From contig CAVXLD010000007.1 of assembly GCA_963762565.1 (NCBI GenBank), positions 416,001-480,000 of the forward strand: 64,000 nucleotides of DNA. Direction: 5' to 3'. This document shows positions 49,461-58,468 of this stretch, piece by piece (position 1 is the first letter of the stretch; the number at the start of each line of letters is the position of its first letter). A program made the translations under genes and the position numbers. The notes beneath the pieces are model-generated. The model did no database searches. It had not been told where the DNA came from and saw only the letters and a program-made list of their open reading frames with translations. Source of the stretch: an uncultured Verrucomicrobiae bacterium. Its GTDB lineage: Bacteria; Verrucomicrobiota; Verrucomicrobiia; Chthoniobacterales; JAFAMB01.

Positions 49461-49588
49461 CTTAGCCCCCCAATGCGCCTCGGGGCGCCAAAATCGCCAA
49501 CGCTCGCGGGCGTGCCCGCACTCTTTTCTTCTTCCTGCTCGCATTTTTTCTGCAATTTGATATGCGGTTGACGTCTACCAGCGTGTAT

Positions 49589-50449
49589 ATGGCGAAAATC
49601 CCTCATCCTATCAGGCTGACAGGGTTAGTCCTATCAGCCGTCATCATTACCCTCGGCACTGCCCGGGCCCAGAAAGCTCCGGCGACCCCGGCGGGGACCC
49701 CAGACGCGAACGCGATCACGAGCAGTGGAAACCTGCCGTCGCCAACTTGGCTGTTTAAGGCAATCAGCGCAGCGTTACCCGAGTTCGATTGGAAAACAAA
49801 GGTCAAGGAGCTGACCTCAGACCCAAACTTCGAGAAATCGGATTATCCGGATGATCTCTCGAAGATCTCTAACCTAGGAGTGCGACTCGCCGTCGCCTTT
49901 GTCGCCATCATGGCGCAGGATTATGAAAGCGTGGAGAAGGCCGCCAAGGTGAGCACAGAATTGTCCTCCGACTTCAGCGTCGCCTCCGACATAAAGGCGA
50001 AAGCCGAGGAAGCCCAGGATGCGGCAAAAGCCGGCAAATGGGACGAAGTGAACGCGAAACTCGACTTGATCACACAGGATGTCTCCAAAGAATTGAAGAC
50101 GGGAAGCCATAAAGAAGAGGCAACCATGTCTTTTGCGACTGGTTGGCTGACCGGGCTCAACATTATCAGCAGCGCCGTGGCAGAAAACTATAATGAACAG
50201 GCGGCGCTATTGATCCGGCAAGGTCCGCTACCCGGAATGCTTGTGACTCAGCTGAAGGCGGTAAGCCAGAACTATAAGGCGAATAACGACGGCAAGGATC
50301 ACTCGAACTACAAAACCATTACGGATGGGGTCACAGAAATCGCCGAGGCCGTAAGGAAGGATCAATCGAAGCCATTCACTAAAGAAGAAGTAACGGCTCT
50401 CCGGGATAAGACCGGGCAGTTAATAAAGAGCATCGAGACCTTGTCCTGA
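49589..50449 (+). CDS. Secreted alpha-helical hypothetical protein
   Basis: Signal peptide ending ARA; motifs LPSP, SNLGVRLA.AFVA, ATGWLTGLNI. Confidence 0.7.
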   Translation: MAKIPHPIRLTGLVLSAVIITLGTARAQKAPATPAGTPDANAITSSGNLPSPTWLFKAISAALPEFDWKTKVKELTSDPNFEKSDYPDDLSKISNLGVRLAVAFVAIMAQDYESVEKAAKVSTELSSDFSVASDIKAKAEEAQDAAKAGKWDEVNAKLDLITQDVSKELKTGSHKEEATMSFATGWLTGLNIISSAVAENYNEQAALLIRQGPLPGMLVTQLKAVSQNYKANNDGKDHSNYKTITDGVTEIAEAVRKDQSKPFTKEEVTALRDKTGQLIKSIETLS

Positions 50450-50637
50450 CCTGCGAGTCGCCATATTCCAATTTCCCGTTCTTTAGAGCCTGGACCAGCC
50501 ACCAGTGCACGACTGGTCCGGGACGGAACTGGATTTCTTATTGTTGGCCGTCTCCTACTTGGAGCGGGCTATTTATTGAGTGGGGCGGACGAATCGAAAA
50601 TCAAGAGCGCAAGCGGCGAGCTTAAAGCCCATCAACA

Positions 50638-53600
50638 ATGAGCGGGGATCTAGCCGATATCCTTAAGACGGTCAATGAAACGCCCTTGTTTCTCAAGAAT
50701 GTACTACATCGGGATGAGCGCACCGCCAAAATCATTAAGCTTTTCGGAAGCTTATTCGCCATTAGCCGAGGTGCAGCTGATGACATTCAACAGGGGATAT
50801 CGGAGTACCTGCGCTTCAACTACCAAGAGGAAATCGCCACCGCTCTCGAAGCCGCAGTAGAACAATACCGGGATTCTCCCACCCCGTTCGAGGAAGCCCT
50901 GCAGGCTCTTAGAACTTCCTGGGATGTTGCTGCCAAGGCTTTCTTCGCGATCAAGGTTTGCGAAATTCTAAGAAAGGTAGAACCAGCTTGGGCTAGACGT
51001 CTGCGCGCCATCGGGCAGAACCTTGGCTTACCGGAATCGGTCTTGGGCTTCGTGGGGGCGGTCGTCGATCCGGGCTTTGCTGAGACCCAGCCTCCCTCGA
51101 ACCGCCCCGTTCAATTTCGCCTGGGGCCGACTGGTTCGGCGAATTGTTTCTGTGTCCGAGATCTTCCCGACTTTCTCTACATCACCTGCTGGCAAAACGA
51201 CTTTTATGTTTCGGCTGGGCGGACCGGAGCTTCATTGGACGGGAAAGCGGTGCCGCCAAGCTTCGCCTTTCGTTTCGACCTGCTAAGCGAGTTGAGGTTT
51301 GGCCGTTTCCGGCTCCTATACCGGCAATTACAACTGCTCCAACGCTGGTTTCATCAAGGAACCAATGGAGTACCGAAATTCAGCTTGAAGAAAGAAGGTC
51401 AACTCCTTCTCCGACGGCCTTCCGAAGGGTCAAAAGAGAAGACCTGCACTCTAAAGCCAACGTACCTCGCGATAACAGAAGGCGGGGGCGAACGCCGAGT
51501 GGAGTGGCAAGACCGCCTTGAAGTCGACGGGACGAGGACGCGCGCCAATGAAGTAGCCGAAGTCATTTTGGCCCTGTCGGGAGCCGGCGAAGCCAAGGGT
51601 CAAAGATCCGCCTCATCCTGTCTGCTGGAGCTGGACAATGTTGGTTGCAACTTCGGGAAGATGCGCGGCCTGCGAGAAATCTCGTGTGTCGCAGCCGGCG
51701 GTCAGATGGTTGCGGTGATGGGACCTAGCGGGTGCGGAAAATCGACGCTGCTCGGAACCATGATCGGTGCAGTGCCTCTCACTGCCGGTAACATGAAGAT
51801 GAACGGGATCGACTTGTCGCGCCTGGTAAAAGAGAATCCTCGGCTGCTCGGGTATGTACCTCAGGATAACATCACTTTCGCGACCCTTACCGTTGCCGAA
51901 AATCTTTCTTATGGTGCCCGGCTCCGCCTGAGCGAACCGACTAAATCGCGAGTCGATGATTGCGTAAACAATGTCCTTGAGGAGATCGATCTGAAGGATC
52001 GGGCGACAGTGATTGTCGGAGACGAGGATACCAAGACATTGAGTGGCGGCCAAAGGAAGAGAGTCAGTTTGGGCCTTGAGTTGCTCACGCCAAAGTCCCT
52101 TCTTTTGCTGGATGAACCGACTTCGGGTCTGTCTTCGGGGGATTCGGAACGAATTTTGCGGATCCTTCGCGCCCGAGCCGATGCCGGCGCCTTAGTGTTC
52201 GTGGTGATCCATCAACCCAGCGCGGAGCTCTTCAGGCTCTTTGATCGTTTACTACTGTTGGATCGCGGAGGTGTGGCCGCTTTCTATGGCGATCCGCTGC
52301 ATGCCCGGGCCTACCTTGAAAAAGTGGCGCCGGTTCCCAGCGCTTCTGACGCCGACGAGTTCGATCCAGGCAGCCTTTTGGCGGCGCTAGAGGCACCCGC
52401 CAGACAAGTCGACGGACGCACAGAAGAACGCCGGATGTTTGATCCGGAATATTGGAAAGCTCGCTACGACGGCTATCGGCGGAGACATTTTTCTCCGGCG
52501 CCGGGCCCCGAGCTGACTCGATCACCGGCAGATGAACCCCTGCATGGTTGGCTACTCAGGCAGATGCAGATTTTGTTTGAGCGATCGCTCAGATGCAAAC
52601 TGCGTGACCATCTTGGTCTGGGCATCTCCTTAATCACTGCGATTTTTCTAGGGCTGGTCGTCGGCAAGATTCTCAGCTCCAATCCGGTCCTGAAGATCAA
52701 CAATTTGTTCGTCTCGTTTCCATTTCTTTCTTCGATCGTCGCGCTTTTTATCGGGATGTCTTCGAGTATCACGGAAGTGCTCCGGGAACGCCCGATTTTG
52801 CGCCGGGAAAAGCTTCTAAAGGTGAATCTGACACTGTGGCTGGGATCAAAGTTTGCCACGCTGGTGCTGACCGATTTTGTTCCCATTTTTTTGTATACCG
52901 TGATCAGCATGTACCTGTTGCAAGTACCGGAGTCGCTCTGGGGTTACTTGTTCTTCCTTTGGTTAGTCTCGGCGGTCGGAGTTGCTCTCGGGTTGGCAAT
53001 TTCCAGCGTGCCGAATATCAAAGAGGCAGCAGCCACGAATGCGTTGCCGCTGATCCTGGTGCCGCAGCTGGTGCTAGCGGGGGCCGATCCTTTCAAATTC
53101 GGTGACTTACAGCCCTTAGTCTTGTTCCCGGAGCAGGTTGCCGAGGCGAAAGTCGAAGCCGCGCAAAATGATGGGATGCTGTACCTGAAATCTTACACCA
53201 ATAACGGTAAAAAAACGGAGATTCACTTTCGCAAAACCGTGCCTGAAGTGGCAGCGCTGATGCCGTCTCGATGGGCCTACGAGGGATTGATCTCCTTGTA
53301 CACGAATCATTCCCGGTGGATCGGTGCCGAGCAGGTTGAATTCATTTACCAAGCTTGGAAGAATGCAGCGACTACTGCGGAGAATAGTGTCGCGAAGTCT
53401 GAAGAAGCGAAAGACATCATCCATTCGATAACGGCTCTTCTGGGCGATATTAGCCGCCGGAGCAAGAATCTGTCGGACAAATATCAAACCCAGTTCACAG
53501 ACCAAATCTTTGGCAACGACAAGGCGTCGAAGATTTGGGATCGTCCCCATGAGACCTTGCTGGTAAGATTCAAAACGATTCCGTTCACCAGTGTGTTGAT

Positions 53601-53772
53601 GGCGACCGAATGGTACAATGCGGTGGTGCTGGCCTTGATGGCCTTCATAACCTTGCTGGTCTCCCGGATCCTGTTGAGCAGTTGGGCACAGGCGGTTGTG
53701 CCGGCCATGTTTGGGTTGGTGTCGGATCGGATTTCGCAGATCCGCAGGAAACTTTGGAGCCGCGCGAGGTGA
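50638..53772 (+). CDS. Large ABC transporter, ABCG/White topology (N-terminal accessory region - NBD - TMD)
   Basis: GPSGCGKST, GYVPQD, LSGGQRKRVS.GLEL, LDEPTSGL, IHQPS, then ABC-2-type TMD (E..RER.I..RE, PLILVPQL, PSRWAYEG). Confidence 0.9.
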   Translation: MSGDLADILKTVNETPLFLKNVLHRDERTAKIIKLFGSLFAISRGAADDIQQGISEYLRFNYQEEIATALEAAVEQYRDSPTPFEEALQALRTSWDVAAKAFFAIKVCEILRKVEPAWARRLRAIGQNLGLPESVLGFVGAVVDPGFAETQPPSNRPVQFRLGPTGSANCFCVRDLPDFLYITCWQNDFYVSAGRTGASLDGKAVPPSFAFRFDLLSELRFGRFRLLYRQLQLLQRWFHQGTNGVPKFSLKKEGQLLLRRPSEGSKEKTCTLKPTYLAITEGGGERRVEWQDRLEVDGTRTRANEVAEVILALSGAGEAKGQRSASSCLLELDNVGCNFGKMRGLREISCVAAGGQMVAVMGPSGCGKSTLLGTMIGAVPLTAGNMKMNGIDLSRLVKENPRLLGYVPQDNITFATLTVAENLSYGARLRLSEPTKSRVDDCVNNVLEEIDLKDRATVIVGDEDTKTLSGGQRKRVSLGLELLTPKSLLLLDEPTSGLSSGDSERILRILRARADAGALVFVVIHQPSAELFRLFDRLLLLDRGGVAAFYGDPLHARAYLEKVAPVPSASDADEFDPGSLLAALEAPARQVDGRTEERRMFDPEYWKARYDGYRRRHFSPAPGPELTRSPADEPLHGWLLRQMQILFERSLRCKLRDHLGLGISLITAIFLGLVVGKILSSNPVLKINNLFVSFPFLSSIVALFIGMSSSITEVLRERPILRREKLLKVNLTLWLGSKFATLVLTDFVPIFLYTVISMYLLQVPESLWGYLFFLWLVSAVGVALGLAISSVPNIKEAAATNALPLILVPQLVLAGADPFKFGDLQPLVLFPEQVAEAKVEAAQNDGMLYLKSYTNNGKKTEIHFRKTVPEVAALMPSRWAYEGLISLYTNHSRWIGAEQVEFIYQAWKNAATTAENSVAKSEEAKDIIHSITALLGDISRRSKNLSDKYQTQFTDQIFGNDKASKIWDRPHETLLVRFKTIPFTSVLMATEWYNAVVLALMAFITLLVSRILLSSWAQAVVPAMFGLVSDRISQIRRKLWSRAR

Positions 53773-53776
53773 AACC

Positions 53777-55222
53777 ATGTCCCAGCCAAGATCTTCTGGC
53801 CAAAATCCTTTTTTCCTGATTGCAGGCGATTCAACAGCGGCGGCCTTGACCGCGCTTGAGTTAGCTCGCCAAGGCATCCCCGCTAAGTTGGTCGCCGCAC
53901 CGGGTTCGGCTGGGGCTGGAATCGCTATGTCCTTTGGTATTCCGCTCGATCCTAGTTCGTTTTCCTTGTTCCTTGGGCGGGTAGGGTTAGGGGACGTAAC
54001 GCATCTGATTCTCTTTCCGACCGATCTCTGTGAGCTCGCGCTTTGGTTAGCAGCGTCCCAGGACGCGCTTGACGCAAAAAGTAAGCGAACTCCTCTAAGC
54101 GTATTCGCCGCGGCTCCAAACGCCGAAAGTCTGGCTGCGGTGCGCCGCGGCGTCGTGGTGATCGAGCCTCAGCCAAGTTTCTTTGTTCAGTTCTTTTCCA
54201 CAGACGAGGACGTAGCCCGTGACTTCGTATTTCAATATTTTGGCAACAGGGCCAGGGTTTCGGATGGAGCTGACGGGTTCTTGATCGTTGGTTCCAACTC
54301 GTTAGCCGAAGCGATCGCGCTCAAGATCGCCAAGCTAGGTGGATTGCTCGATGGTTCCAAACCCAAGCTCGACTGGATCGTTGCCCGGGACATGGCGAAG
54401 AGAGTCGATCTTCGCTATCCGGCACTAAAAGAAATCTGTATTCTGAATTTCCACTCGCCCGAAGACGAGCCTCTCGCGATGATCGAGTCGTTTGCTGACT
54501 TGACTCGCGCACTGATCTTAACCGAAGGATCAAGAGGTCTGGAGGAGTGTTCCACCATTGGTCAACGAGGAGTGCTCAAGCATTTCAGTGGAACCTATGT
54601 TCCGCACAGCCGGTCTGACCGGCTGAATAGAATATTTCACAAACATTTCTCCTGGGGCGCCAATGCGGGTCATGTGCGTTTCTTTGGGGATTATTCAGCC
54701 ATTGCGTCCCAGGCCCGGTTCGTAGAAACGGGGCGATTTCGGTTACCTCGCTCTATCCATGAGCGTTATTGTGAGGCGCGGATGGCAGAGGGAGAATTAC
54801 CCGTCGATAATCCGAGTCTAAAGCCCTGGCACGCGATCGATGAAGACCTGCGTCAATCGAACCGGGAACGAGCGGATCATGTGATCTATGTGCTCGGGCG
54901 TTTAGGCTATGTGGTCGAAGAAGCCGGTCGCAACAGTTCCTCTTCACCTATTTCCATCAATAAAGATGTTCTAGAACAGCTGGCTCGGCTGGAACATATG
55001 CGTTGGACGGCCGAGCGTCGATTGGCTTGGTGGTCCTTTGGAGCGATCCGAGACAATGCCTTGCGCCGGCATCCATTGCTTATCCCTTACGAGGCGCTCG
55101 ATGAAGACGAGAAAGAAAAGGATCGACAGACCATGCGTGACATCCCCGAGGTCCTGCGGCGAGCAGGCTTGGTGGCGAGATCCGGAGACCAGACAGGAAT
55201 GCCGCCGCCATTACCGAATTGA
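53777..55222 (+). CDS. RyR-domain protein with N-terminal Rossmann/RCK-like regions
   Basis: IHERY...PW..IDEDLRQSNRERADH and LARLEHMRW.AER...W.FG..RD...RRHPLLIPYEAL.E.EKEKD; LIAGD and LIVGS Rossmann-like strands. Confidence 0.8.
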   Translation: MSQPRSSGQNPFFLIAGDSTAAALTALELARQGIPAKLVAAPGSAGAGIAMSFGIPLDPSSFSLFLGRVGLGDVTHLILFPTDLCELALWLAASQDALDAKSKRTPLSVFAAAPNAESLAAVRRGVVVIEPQPSFFVQFFSTDEDVARDFVFQYFGNRARVSDGADGFLIVGSNSLAEAIALKIAKLGGLLDGSKPKLDWIVARDMAKRVDLRYPALKEICILNFHSPEDEPLAMIESFADLTRALILTEGSRGLEECSTIGQRGVLKHFSGTYVPHSRSDRLNRIFHKHFSWGANAGHVRFFGDYSAIASQARFVETGRFRLPRSIHERYCEARMAEGELPVDNPSLKPWHAIDEDLRQSNRERADHVIYVLGRLGYVVEEAGRNSSSSPISINKDVLEQLARLEHMRWTAERRLAWWSFGAIRDNALRRHPLLIPYEALDEDEKEKDRQTMRDIPEVLRRAGLVARSGDQTGMPPPLPN

Positions 55223-55244
55223 GTAGGGTTGTTGCCGGAAAGCT

Positions 55245-55715
55245 ATGAGACGTTATCAAATTATTCTGACGTTTGCGCTGTTGGCCCTGTTAGTAACTGC
55301 TCGCGCCGACGACAAGCTCGGGCCACCGCCCTGGACCAAGGATCATGCGGACGGCGGTGATCAGCGGCCGCCTCCCTGGATGCAGGATGACCCGGGCGGC
55401 AACAAATTTGGGGTTGATCCCATGCAGCTTTTGCAATCCAAGGACATCAAAGAACAATTGAAATTGACCGACGACCAGTCCCGGCAGTTGGCCAGTCTGG
55501 CCACTCGGTACCAGCAGGAAATCAAGAAAGAGCTCGGGAACATGGATATGAGCAAACTGACCGGCGACGAACGGACTAAGAAAGAGGCGGAGCTCAGGGA
55601 AACCTTGACTAACCTGATGGAGTCAGAACGCCAAGAAGTAGAAAAGATTTTGAACGCCGATCAGTTGGACGCCTTCAAGCGCATCATGCTCAAAGTCAAT
55701 GGAGCGGAGGCGTAG
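55245..55715 (+). CDS. Secreted Spy/CpxP-like (LTxxQ) helical protein
   Basis: Signal peptide; LKLTDDQ and ILNADQ motifs. Confidence 0.65.
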   Translation: MRRYQIILTFALLALLVTARADDKLGPPPWTKDHADGGDQRPPPWMQDDPGGNKFGVDPMQLLQSKDIKEQLKLTDDQSRQLASLATRYQQEIKKELGNMDMSKLTGDERTKKEAELRETLTNLMESERQEVEKILNADQLDAFKRIMLKVNGAEA

Positions 55716-55724
55716 GGATAAAAT

Positions 55725-55990
55725 GGTGGGGCGAGGCTCCGGAATTATCCAGCCGTATTCGCAGGGTTATGGTTGGTTCCAACGATCCCGTTTGCAAGTC
55801 CAAATCATCCGCCGAGCCGGGCCCAGCGTTATGCATGCTGGTCAAGCGGTTATTATCGTCGATACGTCTTTGAGCCTTGGCGTGTCTTGGGCCAACGTCT
55901 CGGCAGCTTATTGGCCCATCACAATTAGGGGAAACAATCCGTTCCCGTCGCTGGAAATGTCTCTGGGTTATTCGGGAGCCTCGCCCCACC
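55725..55990. repeat. REP/REPIN-like element, family A
   Basis: GGTGGGGCGAGGCTCCGGAAT ... ATTCGGGAGCCTCGCCCCACC. Confidence 0.85.
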
Positions 55991-56005
55991 AAATTTGAAT
56001 TTTCT

Positions 56006-57091
56006 ATGTCATCATTCCGTTACTCATCTTTAGTCATTATTTGCGCCGCCTGCTCGGTCTCGCCGCTATACGCCGCAGACGACACCAATACGCCACCAAA
56101 ACCGGCGGAAACCGCGGCTGAGATCACCTCCAAGGTCTCTTTGGTGCATCTCGGCAGCATTGATACCTTCACCATTACCGAACAAGGAACCTTAGCCGGC
56201 CGGTTTTTGTTAAGCGCTCTGAACAGCAAAGACCTGAGCTATGCGAGGAAGGCCAAGGAAATCTATGAAACCATCATTCCGAAGGAACACTATGGGGGAG
56301 AATACACCGCTTTGGAGTGGTTCTGTGATTACTTGCTTGGGAACGAAGACAGTCGTAAACAGCAGCTGGCAGACCGTTATCACAAGAGCTTTTTCGAATT
56401 CTTCAGCGCTAACGATTTCGCCACTCTGAAAGAATATCTGACCCGCAAATACAAGCTAAAGAAGTTGGCCGACTCGGGTACCGAAGCCGGAAGGGATAGG
56501 ATCGCTTTTCTCGAGGACTTCATTCTTTTCAACAATCCGCGGCGCGAAGAATGGGAAAAAACGAGTAAGATCATCGAGGCTCTCAAAATTCAGCCGGGAA
56601 CCACAATCGCCGATGTGGGTTGCGGGCCAGGTTACTACACCTTCAAATTTTCCGAGTTAGTGGGGCCAGGCGGTAAGGTCTTGGGCATCGATACGGTCCA
56701 GGAACATCTAAACTACATCAAGGGCCTTTGTACAAAGTTCGGCATAAAGAATATCGAGACAATCAAGGACCGTGAGGATTCCGCCGGTATCCCCGCGAAC
56801 AGCGTGGACATGATCTTCATGTGCTCGTTGTATCACATTATCTACACGACTTTGATCGAGGAAGTAAAAGACCGCTTTATAGACAGTTTGAAAGCGGCAC
56901 TGAAGCCGGATGGACGGCTCGTGATTGTAGACAACGCGGTTGTGACCCAGGGAACGCTGCCCTATCACGGACCACACATCGCGAAGGAATTAATTATTGG
57001 GCAGCTCTATTACTACGGCTTCGATCTAACGGAACAATATCAGTTTATCCCGCAGCGCTATGTCCTGGTGTTCAAAAAGCGAACCGAATAG
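56006..57091 (+). CDS. Class I SAM-dependent methyltransferase with N-terminal signal peptide and helical domain
   Basis: IADVGCGPGYYT motif I, VLGID, VDMIF, LKPDGRLVIVD; N-terminus SSLVIICAACSVSPLYA-ADD. Confidence 0.85.
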   Translation: MSSFRYSSLVIICAACSVSPLYAADDTNTPPKPAETAAEITSKVSLVHLGSIDTFTITEQGTLAGRFLLSALNSKDLSYARKAKEIYETIIPKEHYGGEYTALEWFCDYLLGNEDSRKQQLADRYHKSFFEFFSANDFATLKEYLTRKYKLKKLADSGTEAGRDRIAFLEDFILFNNPRREEWEKTSKIIEALKIQPGTTIADVGCGPGYYTFKFSELVGPGGKVLGIDTVQEHLNYIKGLCTKFGIKNIETIKDREDSAGIPANSVDMIFMCSLYHIIYTTLIEEVKDRFIDSLKAALKPDGRLVIVDNAVVTQGTLPYHGPHIAKELIIGQLYYYGFDLTEQYQFIPQRYVLVFKKRTE

Positions 57092-57106
57092 CAAATAGCA
57101 GATAGT

Positions 57107-57321
57107 GGTCGGGCGAGGCTCCCGAAAGACCCTTCTGTGTCACCGGAGACATTCGGCAAATAACTTTCCGAACAAATGTATTACGTCTACAGACGCGCCG
57201 AGCCGGGGTCACGCGCCGGGATTGCGGCTCGGCGCGCGCTCAGGTGTAACCGGGTTTTCAGTCAGCCCAAACTGAATCGCTGTGCGGAAACCAGTCCGCC
57301 ATTCGGGAGCCTCGCCCTACC
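57107..57321. repeat. REP/REPIN-like element, family A
   Basis: GGTCGGGCGAGGCTCCCGAA ... TTCGGGAGCCTCGCCCTACC with inner CGCGCCGAGCCG..CGGCTCGGCGCG. Confidence 0.85.
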
Positions 57322-57333
57322 TCCTTCTGCCCC

Positions 57334-58218
57334 TTGACCTCCCACCTCATCGGCATCCTGGCCGCCCTCGGTTCCGCCGCCTCTTGGGCGGTTGGCACCC
57401 TACTATTTAAAGGCATCGGCGAGGAGTTCTCGCCGATGGCGATGACGTTCATCAAAAGCTTTTTAGGCGTTTTGCTATTGGCGGGAGCGATTCTGCTGGT
57501 CGGTTGGGAATCAGTAAGGTCTTTGCCGCTCGGTTGGCTTGCACTCAGCGGGCTGCTCGGTATCTCTCTCGGGGATACTTTCTTCTTCGCAGCGCTGCGC
57601 CGTTTGCCCGCGCACCAATTGGTTATTCTTATGCTGCTGGCGCCGGCAGTCACGTTGTTCCTGGCCTTGTGCTTCCTGGGAGAACGGCCGGCGCTCGTGA
57701 GCTGGGTCGGAATCATCCTCGTTCTCGGTGGGGTTAGTCTGACTTTTAAGGACAAGATAGAGGTCGATCAGGAAGCGCGGCAGCGGGGGCTGGGATTGCT
57801 TTTCGGCGTCCTCTCGGTCCTGTCGATGGCGGGCTCGATCATCATAGCCAAAATCGGCCTTCAAGACGTTTCTGCCATGGAAGGAACGTTTCTCCGGCTG
57901 TTCTTCGGATTTGTCGGGATGCTGGTTGTCGGGCTGGCCCGAAGGGAGCTGAGGAACTGGTTGGTTCCGTTGCGTCAGGCCGGGTTGCGTTGGCGTTTTC
58001 TGTTAGCGGTGGTCGTCGTGACGTTCGGGGGCTTCTGGCTCTCTCTCGATGCCATTAAGCGACTGGATGTTTCGATCGCAAATACCCTGCTTGCCACTGA
58101 ACCAGTCTTTGCATTGCCGCTGGCGGTGATTTGGCTGCGCGAACATGCTACCGGCGCTGCGGTTGTTGGAGCGATCGTCGCATTATGCGGCGCCGGTATC
58201 CTGGCTTTCAGTGGCTAG
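57334..58218 (+). CDS. DMT/EamA family transporter
   Basis: About 10 TM helices in two repeats; SGLLGISLGDTFFF, TLLATEPVF.LPL. Confidence 0.88.
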   Translation: MTSHLIGILAALGSAASWAVGTLLFKGIGEEFSPMAMTFIKSFLGVLLLAGAILLVGWESVRSLPLGWLALSGLLGISLGDTFFFAALRRLPAHQLVILMLLAPAVTLFLALCFLGERPALVSWVGIILVLGGVSLTFKDKIEVDQEARQRGLGLLFGVLSVLSMAGSIIIAKIGLQDVSAMEGTFLRLFFGFVGMLVVGLARRELRNWLVPLRQAGLRWRFLLAVVVVTFGGFWLSLDAIKRLDVSIANTLLATEPVFALPLAVIWLREHATGAAVVGAIVALCGAGILAFSG

Positions 58219-58468
58219 CGCTCTATGAGACACCTGGGACTTATGGCCAGCATATAAGTCCCATAGGTCATATAGAGCCCGTCGCGCCGTAGGCTTGGCG
58301 AAGGCGGATTCCCATCCGTTCCCCGCCCATCGCGCCGCTTTCCCTCTACCCGCCCAACGCCGATACGCTCACACGCCCAGAATCCCGGCTTGACCTCGGT
58401 TCCAGAAACGAATGAAATGGCGCTGAAAGAAATTCTGCAAGTATCGCCAATTTCGGCATCTAATCCTT

